Source of the DNA: Atractiella rhizophila
Lineage: Eukaryota
Length of the DNA stretch: 54,687 nucleotides
Direction of reading: 5' to 3'
NCBI GenBank assembly: GCA_021432655.1
Contig: MU271345.1
Location: 17,828 to 72,514 of the forward strand
The position numbers and the translations under genes are program-made. Below the pieces are notes generated by a model. It did no database searches, was not told the DNA's origin, and worked only from the letters and a program-made list of their open reading frames with translations. Below, in pieces: positions 1 to 10,018 of the stretch (within the stretch, counting starts at the first letter, position 1; every line of letters begins with the position of its first letter).

Positions 1-165
1 AGAAGAAGAAGATGCGGACGTAGTTAAAGGTTCAGTCGCTGTAGAGATGGCTGGAGAAGGAAAACGTGTCGGTGATGGTTCGTCAGGTACGTTGAGATTT
101 AGCTGATTGTTGATATGAGGAGGTTGATCACGGCCGTCCAATGGAGTGGGGTACCGTTGTGACAT
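1..165 (-). CDS. 5' end of a hypothetical Ser/Pro-rich protein running off the window edge
   Basis: ATG at 165 opens 55 stop-free codons to base 1: MSQRYPTPLDGRDQPPHINNQLNLNVPDEPSPTRFPSPAISTATEPLTTSASSSS. No recognisable domain. Confidence 0.45.
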   Translation of the reverse strand, partial: MSQRYPTPLDGRDQPPHINNQLNLNVPDEPSPTRFPSPAISTATEPLTTSASSSS

Positions 166-244
166 CGGAAAGATAAGATGAGAAAAAAAATTGATTATGA
201 TAGATCCGGATTCCTATCCGGCTCTCGCTACCATGTGCGCTGGA

Positions 245-334
245 CCTGGTCCACAGCGGATGGTGGTCAAATCGCTGTTTACAATGCAATGAACTCCCTA
301 CCTGGTCCACAGCGGATGGTGGTCAAATCGCTGT
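245..334. repeat. 34-bp exact direct repeat, each copy with an internal hairpin
   Basis: cctggtccacagcggatggtggtcaaatcgctgt at 245-278 and 301-334; acagcg/cgctgt inverted arms within each copy. Confidence 0.9.
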
Positions 335-411
335 GGAACCAGAACATGACCCTAACCTTAATTGTAGAATGGAGGGGGGGGCGAGTGAACCAGAGAGCTC
401 ATGCTCTCACA

Positions 412-563
412 ACTTTATCATCTATTTCATCGTGCTCACGTTTGTATGATTGGGGACACTTTAGGTATGTTTGTATGCTTTGTAATGAAATCACTTTATC
501 ATCTATTGCATCGTGCTCACATTTGTATGATTGGGGACACTTTAGTCCAAACCAATTCTCATT
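412..563 (+). repeat. Dispersed ~155-bp element with an internal ~53-bp tandem repeat (copy A)
   Basis: actttatcatctatt(t/g)catcgtgctcac(g/a)tttgtatgattggggacactttag at 412-464 and 493-545; reverse-complement homologue at 51667-51820. Confidence 0.9.
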
Positions 564-1828
564 GCAAGGTGCAGATGTGCAGATGGAGCGGCGGGGAAGG
601 AGAGGAGGGTATGAATGTTGATGTTTAGAGAATGGAGGAGAGCAGGAAGGCAGCAAGTCCGAAAGATATGCTGACTGGACTTGTTGGAGGTGAAGCGGTT
701 TGCGGGAGTGCAGGAGAGAGTGTTGTAAGAATGCTTGAATAGCAATGTTTGCATTTATTGCACTGTTCATGCACTGATACAGAAGCACCTTCACAGGATG
801 AAGTGGAGCTTGATTCATTCTACCAGATCAAGCTACTCCGGAGACAAATTGACTGTTAGTTCCCTCTCCTCTCTTTTCTAAAGTTGTTGATTGAGACTCT
901 GACTGCGAAAAAATATGAGTTTGAGGCTGGAACATTGTGGGATTGGCAAAATATTATATTCCACACGGTGCTGATGAAATGGCGGTTAGCCTGTGAAGGT
1001 AACTTAATTAAAAGCTTTCAGTGAATATTGTTGTCACAAATCTTTCGCCAACTTTTCAACACTTTCACCACTTTGCACAGATTGGAACGCGCAGCAGAAA
1101 CTAGCCGTGATCATGGCCGCGACGCCCGCCGTCGCGGAAAATTCCCCATAGCCCAGCAAACCTCCATAGTTGAGAGTTGAGGAACAAGAATCAGCCTTGT
1201 CAAACCACTCGTCGTGAATGACAACACAATCAGTGCGCTTTGAATGTATACTTCGCAGGTGTTTCTTGAACCAACCAGTCCAAATAAATGTCCTCCGCGA
1301 GTGATATCAAACGTCCAAGAGATCAAATTTGTAACGACTTCGAATGGATGATGGATACAGTTCTCAAACCTCACCTCACTATATATGCTCTTTAGCTGGC
1401 TCTTGCTCATATACCAATTGACAATTGAGGCGTCATTGTTCGCACATTCGCGCGTTTTCGCGAACATGCAACAGCCAGAATCAACCTATTCATCAACTGG
1501 ACGGACGGATAGGATTAGGCATGCACAACAGCAGCAAGGAATCCTCCCTTTACTTGGGCAGAAATTGAGAAGTCTGCCTTCCCGTCCACATCCCCGTCAT
1601 CGGAAGCAGCATATTGCTCAGCTGGTTGCTCAGCTTGTCGGCTATTGTGGTCTTTTTGAGTTGTTCGATTGGCGTGTTCAAGTTAGTGTTGAGGTCTGTT
1701 TCGTTCCCAGGAGTTCTGCTAGAGCACGAATGAACGAAGATGCTGGTGCCACGGCCACCCTTTGGTTCTCTGACTGTCCCTAATAGCAACAATCCCAATT
1801 TCAGCCTTTTTATAACAGTATACACACT

Positions 1829-2941
1829 TTATGCGCTGCTCAAGTATTCTGCAAATTTCTTGGGTTTCCATTCTGGCCAAGCCTTGACAGCATTGATACG
1901 GTCCGATGAATCGCCTGGTCCCAAATCGAAAGTGGTTGTTCCACAGCCCTCCTCGATCTGCAACGTATCGTTATTTCAGTTGATATTTAAGAAAGGAACA
2001 ACAAACGTAGACGTGAAAGAAGTTGATGAATCCCGGAAAGTCTTGCGTCAGGGGAAGGTCCTCCTTTTTCACATGGACAATTTCGCTGCGGTATTTATTC
2101 TTCAGCAATTCCTACGGCACAAGCATCGGTAAGGATTCGAACAATTGAGACGGAAGTGAAGTGAGACATACCGCGATCTGTTTAGCGCTCAAACGATCTC
2201 CTTCCAACCTCCAAGTAGAGTTGTACAGCTCCTCTTCGGGCAGCGTGGTCAACGACCAAGCAACGAAACGGGCAACATCCACAAAAGAGGTGACGCTGAG
2301 AATGCCGTTTCCTCCGTTCAAGACAGTCACTTTCTCCTTTCCGAAAAATCCTGGATAACCGCTGCTCAGCACACGGTTTCTATGTCCACAAGCAGGACCT
2401 ACAAAGGCACATATTCGTAAAAAAGACTGTTGAGGTAGATCGCAGTGGGGATACCTTCCGCTTCAGCCAACTTCCGAATGGTGATTTTTGATGCAAGAGG
2501 GGTGTTTTCTAACGGTTCAACCACATCAGCACTTCCTTATGAATAGAATGGGAGGTTACCTTTGGGAATGGAACCGTACTCCGAGGGAACGTAAAGTTTG
2601 ATTCCCGCTTTCTTCGCTGCTTTAACCAAAGGTTCCTGCGCAAGTAGATTTCCACCAATGGTGCTGACCAAGACCTCGATACCCTTGCCCTGAAGAGAAG
2701 CAGCAATCGTATCTGGCGAAGAATAGTCCACTTTGACAATGCTAATGTTTGGATGAGAGGGAACATCAGGGTTGTCCTGGCGAGTAAGGACATATATTCT
2801 TGGGACCGTAGGGAGGTCAAGAAACTGCAATTGGAATCTCAGGAAACCATCCTTCGCGAGAGAAGATAGGCTTACAGTTTGTAAGATTGTCTTGGAGATC
2901 TTCCCAGAGATTCCGGCGATGGCGAAGGTCTTGAAAGTCAT
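1829..2941 (-). CDS. NmrA-like / isoflavone-reductase-like NAD(P)-binding oxidoreductase (multi-exon)
   Basis: N-terminal Rossmann-like FAIAGISGKIS, plus IVKVDYSS, VLVSTIG, LVKAAKKAGIKLYVPSEYG and SVTSFVDVARFVAWSLT. Last exon ends WPEWKPKKFAEYLSSA-TAA at 1829. Confidence 0.85.
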
Positions 2942-3568
2942 GTTTGAGACGTAAACAGTTTGATGCTCAGGCTGAGTGATTGTGATGAAGTTTAGAGAAT
3001 CGTGTCCCCTTTTAAGTCGCAGCGTCAAGCAGATGTTGCCATATTTTGGACTGCTAACCTGTCTTGACTCGACATGCAGCGTTAGGAAGCGATTAGTGAG
3101 CATCATTGATGAGAAGAGCAGCGGGGAGGCTGCTACGGCATCCGAAGTGGATTAGACAAGCAGGAAACTTCAAAGTGTGGCCTTGAAAGTTATTCTACAC
3201 ATCCACAGGTTAGCCTTATCGGGCATGAAAACGGGGCACGTCTGAGAATCGGATTGCTCAGCAACCGTGCCTAGTGCATCATAAGTTCAATATCGAAGAG
3301 CGAGTCCTTCAGCTCACACACGCCGTGCCTCCCGTCCTCGTCGGCCCATTACACAGCGGCTGACTGTGCTCAGGCTCGCTCCTTACGTTAAGACTAGAAT
3401 AAAGGCAGTCTAACCTTGCCATGGGCAACCATACTATACAGCAAATCTTTCTGCATCCGTTGTGTTCCTCAGTCTGCGCGATTGTCTGCCTCAGTGTGCT
3501 GCAATGGAATACCGATTTTGGATGGGAACACGTGACCATACTACAAGTTGTGGAAACATTGATCTGCG

Positions 3569-4883
3569 ATGGCTGAGGCAATGGTTCAAATTGTCGCTGA
3601 AGCTCAGAATCTTCAGAAAATCGAGTGGAAAGATGGCGAGTAGTTCAAAAGTCAGGATGTATTCATGCTGACCTTCGTTGCCTGCAGAATATGAGGAAAC
3701 ACTTCAAAAAGTTGCGTCCACAGGCTCTCTGGAGTGAATGAATTTTACTACAGTCTTTGTACGGACTAGTTAAATGGGTTTAGGCAGGTGGATTGGAACA
3801 AGTTGAAGGACATGATTAAATACAAAATCGATGCGGTTGGTTCTTTCTCCTGTGGATTCAGCTGACTGAATGTGGAGCCACGGCGCAGAACATAACTGCC
3901 TACCAAAAGGCGCGAGAAAATTCGCCTGAGAAGTCACCGGAGAAGTCTCCTCAACGTCGGGCTCTACAGCTTCCAGAGCTCACGGCACTCGAAGTATCTA
4001 GCCGGAAGACACAATTCTTCGCAACCATCGATGGTCAATTTGGCTCGTGAGTGCTTGTTTCCTCTTTCTTATGCTTTATAAACAGAGTTGGTAAGCTGAC
4101 TGTGGATAAATTGAGCGTAGGTCTCCTCCATTTACAATCCAACGACTGGTGGAGCTCTGTATCATTGATCCAATCACTCCACCAGGCCCTTCGTTGCAAG
4201 GTGATCCATCCATCTCTTCTTCCTCTACTTCCCCTCGTTTCTGCCATCCACACCATCGCACCCTTGCCTCTTACATGCAAGCTATCTCCCGCGTGCTCTC
4301 CGTTACCTCTCCCATCTCCGCTTTCCCTCTTCCTCCATCCACGCCGCTCGCTTCCCTGGAGCCTAATGTAAATGCACCTCAACTGATGGATATGCTTTCG
4401 CCCATTCCATGGCTGGAAAATCAAACGGGGGAGCCGTCCACCACTCCGCCACGTCTCCAACTCAGGGGTCGATCGCCTAGCATCGACAAAACCGACCCTC
4501 CGACGAGAGATGACCTTGGATTGGGACCAACCATGCTTCCCCTCCTGTCCACCGGCACAAGGCGACCACCCGGCCCTTCGGAGAGGGAGAGAGAGAGGAG
4601 CCCGGAAAGAAGGATTGCTGGCGGAGGTGGCAGTGTCCTTGCTCCACTGAGGCCGGCAGATTTGGTTGGAGGATTGGGAGCAGTGGGAAGGAGTCTGATG
4701 GATAGGTTCAGACGGTCGGAAGCGCCGGAAGATCAACCAGGTGGAGCGGTAAAGGAAGGAGAGAAGAAGGTAGAGGATGTCGAGAAGGCAAGTGGGGAGA
4801 GGGAGATGGGTAGTGAAGGTGGAACTGAAAAGATGCAGGGGGTGGAATCGATGTTTCATAAAGAGGAAGAGGGCTTGAAGTGA
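3569..4883 (+). CDS. PPP4R2: Protein phosphatase 4 core regulatory subunit R2 (PPP4R2/Psy4-like)
   Basis: Spliced model MAEAMVQ...DWNKLKDMIKYKID...SPPFTIQRLVEL...HHRTLASYMQAISRVLSVTS matches the PPP4R2 signature (PPFTIQRL.EL ... R.L.VTS). First intron is GC-AG (3636-3687). Confidence 0.8.
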
Positions 4884-5116
4884 ATATGATTGTTGGGATT
4901 TGGTTACAAAAGTGCCAGAAGCTTTAATCTTTGATGGTATCATCTTCATTTTTCCATTCTGTAGTGTTGCATCCTGTTACACATTTGTTCTGCCATCTAT
5001 GAAGTCTCGTAGCACGAATAATCACAGAGCAAGAACAAACACTGAAGAGAAGAATCGAAATCCAGAACTACATACACCGACTTATAAGAAGATCATGCAC
5101 TATGAGACAACCAAGA

Positions 5117-7697
5117 TCATGTGTTTCTCGGATAATAAATAGAGACAGCAGGAATCGAGTTGGGATCTCCGGTGTTCGAAATCTCGTACACGGCCTTATG
5201 GGTCAGGACATTCGCTAGTTCGACCCGTTGTTGGGTTTGTACCTGTTGATCGACGGGAAGGTATGGAGCTGTGTATCCGTTTGGTTGAACCGGGTGTCCA
5301 TTCGAATAATAGGGAAGAGACTGAGATTGAGGTTGCAGTTCATAAAGATAGGGATAACCAGACTGATAAGGAGGTAAGTTGTGTTCCTCCACGGGGTAAA
5401 GCGGACGCTTCGACGCTGCTGGAGCTGCATCCTGGGACTGATCAAAGGTAATACTAGCAGCGGTTGCGGTATATGGTGGATATATGTGATGGTGACGGGG
5501 GGCATAATCCGCGGTGAATTGTGGAACGTGGGAAAAAGTTGGTGCCTGGAGATGAGGGGCGAGTTCAGGAAGGCGAGGAGGTTGAATCATCACGGGTTGG
5601 ATCCAAGTTCTAGCATCCTGTCGTTGATCGGGGGAAGATCTGTCCCATGATGCCCCAGGAGCTTCGGCTGTAGTTGGCGGATGGGGTAACCCAGTCGATG
5701 AAGGGCTGCTGGATTGAACGTCCCAACTTGCTGCCGAATTCGACAAATGCGTTCCGTATGGCTGCAAGTTAACATCCACGGGAGAATCTGAGGACGAAGG
5801 CGACGGATAATGTTGGTTTGGCGAATTGGCATACCCAGACCCCTCTCGACTGAGTGGTACAGGATGTAACGAACTTTGGGTAACAGGTGAAGATGATGAC
5901 TGATACAGAGCGGTAGATGCGACGGGTGATGATGGGTCCACCAAGCTTGGAGGAGGGGAATAAGGCATATCTTTGAAAGAGCTGTTTAGAGGTGACGAAG
6001 GGGAATAATGATTGGTTTGGGCATGCGGCGGAGACGGTGCATATATAGGAGACAAAGCAGCAGCGTACTGTCCAAAGGTGCTGGGCAAGGACTTTTTTAT
6101 ATCGTTCTGATTATTGCGGACAGATACCGAGAAATTAGGGTCAACAACGGTGGTGGATGGGGGATTGGTGAGTGACGCCTGAGTAAACATTGTTGGCTGC
6201 ACGATGGTTAGTATAACGTCTTGCTCATTTACATTTACGTACCTCGCTCGAAGCGAATTTGCTTATTGCCTCTTCAAGTTTCGTGGCCCAATCTGCCGTC
6301 GACTTTGAGAAAAATCCGAGGGGTTTGCAGACCTGGAGGACCCATTGGGCCTCCTGAAGCCTCCTCTCCAGCGACTTCGGGCCATTTTTTAGGTACCTCT
6401 CCCAATAGCTGAATGAGCCAGGGAGGTAGCCGAAGACTCTACAGATCAGGCGAAGAGATCGAACGAACTCGGAAGTCACTTCAGGCTTGGTGAGTATAAG
6501 TTCCTTATGGAACTATCAGGTCAGTAATCTCGGGGAGGGTGGAAAGACAAACTGAGTGACAAATCTTCAACCAGCCTGCGAAATTTCCAATCTCGGCATC
6601 GACCCTCCTTTGCAGTTGGGTCCGGAACGCATCTAGTGCAGGGTGAAAGGTTCGTTCGAGTTGCTTTTCAGCAAGGGAAAAGCAGCGAAACATGCGGATT
6701 GCGAACTCTGCGCATAGTCATCAGTAACAGCTTTTTTGTTTCAAAGAATGGAATTCAGAGGCAGGCAGAATGAGACGAACCTCCACGTCTTGAATAGTAT
6801 TGATAATAAGTGAAACTCTTGCTCGGGCCATTCGGCGCAACCCTGAGATCGTGCAGCCTCCTTGCCTCCAACCAACGCCATAAGTCGTCAACACGTCGGA
6901 TGAGGTTCTTCAAAACTTGTAAAGTGAGATCCGGGTCGTCTCTCTGCTCAATCTGCTGGATCCCATATCCGAAGACTCGATGCAAGACCAAGTTTGACTG
7001 GAAGATGAGCGGTTTTTCATTCTTTATCTCCGCATCTGGGTCGTAGAGTACGTCTTTCAAGTTTGATCAGCAGTCGCTTTGCGGGTTTGCTGAGTGAGAA
7101 TGAAACAGACATTTGTGCCGACGGGAAGACGTGTCCGTCACCTGGATTTCAAAAGTTTAAAATCAATACTTCTCACTTGCCCTTCCTGCCCTGGAGGCAC
7201 AGCCTTCTACCGCTACCACTAAGCGCACTGAGGCGACAAGCACGAGGCTTTCTCGGGTGCTGGCACGGAAACACCGGAGAGTAGGGGAGATAGAGTGGTA
7301 GAGTCGCGTTGTCATAGCTACCTGAGGAAGCGGGTCAATTGAAGCTAGAGGTTTCGCTGTCTCCCAGTCTTGCCGGAGCAGTTGAGTTTTTTCGCTAGCT
7401 CCCAGCGAGTGCTATTACTAGTGCTGCTCGTCTGCCGGCTCCTCAGCGACCTCTTGAGTTTCCACTTCCCCTTCGCCTTCCTACTCTTCCTCTTCAAGTA
7501 GTGAACGCTAGTAACAGCTTCCTTGTTCTGCTCTACGCACTTTCTGTCGGTCTAACGTCGAACGTTGCGCACGTTCTTTGTACCAAACGTCAGACAGAAA
7601 GCTAAGTAAAATTAGAAAGAAACTGTGCAGCACGCACACATCTACGTGTCATCCGTATTTCGCGGTTGCATTCGCGTTCTTGCTAGGACCTGGGCAT
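5117..7697 (-). pseudogene. Multi-exon gene of unknown family (helical core plus long Pro/Ser/Gln-rich tail) with a stop-riddled 5' part
   Basis: Exons in 5117-7315 are open and joined by plausible introns (e.g. 6198-6242 with CTAAC). Upstream, a protein-like frame MPRS*QERECNRE...ERAQRSTLDRQKVRRAEQGSCY*RSLLEEEE*EGEGEVETQEVAEEPADEQH***HSLG carries six TAG/TAA stops. A shorter product could start at ATG 7315. Confidence 0.6.
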
Positions 7698-8788
7698 AAG
7701 AGACTGGTCGTTATGCTGCCCAGACATTGGAAGAGACAAAGTGGAACAACAGTTTAACTTGCTATAGAGAACAGAGCGTCACGAGGAGGTTTACCTAGCG
7801 TCCGTTGGTGAAGAGATGTCGATGTCGACCGGCCGGGCAGAAGTCAACTTTGAGCGGAGCTCGTCTCCCGTTACTGCCCACGTAACAGGTCAGTGAACTA
7901 AGTTCCAGTGGTGAAGGTGGAGGGATGGGGCTGGTAGCCGGCGCTATGATTAGAGTTGATATGTCTTTTAAAGTTTTAGGAAGGGTTGGGTCATAGTCGC
8001 CGCTAATATGGGTTAAAGAAAGAGCGGAAACTCTTACGTCCGTCTCTACGGAGTGCAGAACCAGGTATACCTCTCCACCCATAACAGAACCAGAAGCCTA
8101 GTGCAAGACAACGCAAAGTTTAGAGATTAAGACGTGTACGTCTATTATCGCCGTCGGGTGTAACCAAGTCCGACAGTATCAAGGACGGTAAGACAAGCAG
8201 AGAGGTAAATCGTAGAACTCGCTTGTTGATAGGAGTGTAGAACGAAACACATCCGAAACTATCCGTCTGAGCGCGCACACCTACAAGGGCAAATAAAACC
8301 TCTAGACTCTTCGAAGCCTATGTGGTTCGTTTTGCGGACACGGCGCGAGTTCTGAGCGCGGCGGTTAAACGATCTCCTCAGGCTACGAGAGTGCGCTGGA
8401 TCGTAACTGTGGTAGCGCCACTATAACCTGCAACAGTCTTACGATACCTCATACAGGAGGGCGAAAAAGAGGTACGCGAAACGGGGATAGAGAAGCTCCT
8501 CTGCGAGGGGGACTGATACAAGACCGAAACGAGTCACTGTGCGCAGCTAGAGCGTCTAGCAATGAAGGCTGTGCGGGACCGCGTAACCGCGATGAAGCAG
8601 AGGGAGTCACTTGTTCCAGTACGGGGAGAGCCGCACCTTACCCGCGCTACCTACATAGAGAAGCTGTCGTGAGATCGTCTCTCCAGGTCAGCTCGTAGCA
8701 TACACTGTCTGGTCCTCTAGGCAAGGTAGTAGCGTGGTCGGGAGTTGGATGGACGATTGAGTAAGGAACTGGGCTGTCGGAACAACTT

Positions 8789-8946
8789 NNNNNNNNNNNN
8801 NNNNNNNNNNNNNNNNNNNNNNNNNNNNNNNNNNNNNNNNNNNNNNNNNNNNNNNNNNNNNNNNNNNNNNNNNNNNNNNNNNNNNNNNNNNNNNNNNNNN
8901 NNNNNNNNNNNNNNNNNNNNNNNNNNNNNNNNNNNNNNNNNNNNNN
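8789..8946. other. Assembly gap (N run)
   Basis: Run of n. Confidence 1.
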
Positions 8947-9481
8947 ATTCGTCCCGTCAAGGAGCGGAGAACGACTTGAAATGGCATTATGCGGCAAATT
9001 GCAGCTTGGACGTCTTTGAAGAACGTGGTTTGTCTTCCTCCATTTCTCTTCGCTACAATTTCATGTTGATGTAAATATGTAATTTGGCAGAGAGCCAAGC
9101 AACAAAGACCTTCGAATGCTATCTTGGATTATTGTACGCCATGGAAGACTACGTTGTGTCCGTCTCTTTCTCTATCGTGATGACAGACTCGAACGAGTAA
9201 CATGGACAGATATGGGTACCAAACCCACACCCGCACACGTTACGTCCTCGTTTTAGCACTCGCAGACGTACTCGTTCGTGACGCAGACATCAAGATGGTT
9301 CGTACAAGTCTAGCACAGTCCCTCCTCTAATGGCGAGATTTTGAGCCTGGACTAGATATTCAATGCTATCAATAATGCCTACATATCGCACGTCTTCAAC
9401 CCCTTCTCGACGCACGATGGAAGTCAGCCGATCAAGAGTCAACGGTTTGAGAGTGCGATGGATGCTATCGCTAGAAATTAG
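8947..9481 (+). CDS. TRAPPC2L: TRAPP complex subunit 2-like (Sedlin family; TRAPPC2L/Tca17); 5' end probably in the gap
   Basis: Spliced exons: ENDLKWHYAANCSLDVFEER / FECYLGLLYAMEDYVV / YGYQTHTRTRYVLVLALADVLVRDADIKM / IFNAINNAYISHVFNPF...MDAIARN-TAG. These match TRAPPC2L motifs LK.HY...SLDV.EE, YLGLLY..EDY.VYGY.T and NPF. Confidence 0.85.
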
Positions 9482-10018
9482 TCAGTGATCTCAGCAGGAA
9501 TGACACGAATGTCTGGTAGTCTTTCAAGCCTTCATCTATCCCATCCCAGATTAGTCTCATGAGAGGTCTGCAGGTGTATCTCTTTGCGCGGGAGAACGTC
9601 AGGGAGAGTATGAGAACCGTTGACGGGCTACGATGAAGAACGCAGTTGAAGAGAGCGATATTGTATTGCTCGCACTTCTGCGCTTGTAGACTCATTGCTA
9701 TGTATTACACAGATTAGCGAAAGATGAAAACAACAGAGGTGTGAAGACTCGATGATGCTGGTATTCACGAGTCGGACATTGGGCAGAGGCACACGAAGAT
9801 GCAGTGAATTGTTATTGAAGTGGAGGTGAGTGCAAACAAACGGTTGAAAACGAATTTAGCTGAATGACGAATGTCAAACGTCGATTGAGAAATAATTGAG
9901 AATGCTAGGTGTTCGCGGCAAGTTGCTGATGGGATGCTAAAAGGACATTGAACTAATGAAAATAGTTTACGATATCGTCCACCTGAAGTTGAAAGCCTCA
10001 TGTGTTGGGTTCCAGGAC

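Noticed and set aside
412..545. CRISPR-like repeat-spacer-repeat
   Set aside because: Only two units, the same linker recurs at the second locus, no cas genes, and the context is eukaryotic.
1040..1825. Short minus-strand open frames downstream of the NmrA gene
   Set aside because: No recognisable motif or coherent splice model; could be a decayed gene but unsupported.
4035..4949. 304-aa minus-strand ORF
   Set aside because: Antisense shadow of the PPP4R2 last exon.
7412..7685. TAA/TAG reassigned to Gln, or A-to-I stop editing
   Set aside because: Neighbouring genes end normally in TAA/TAG. Editing would give Trp (EQHWWWH), which fits poorly compared with Gln.
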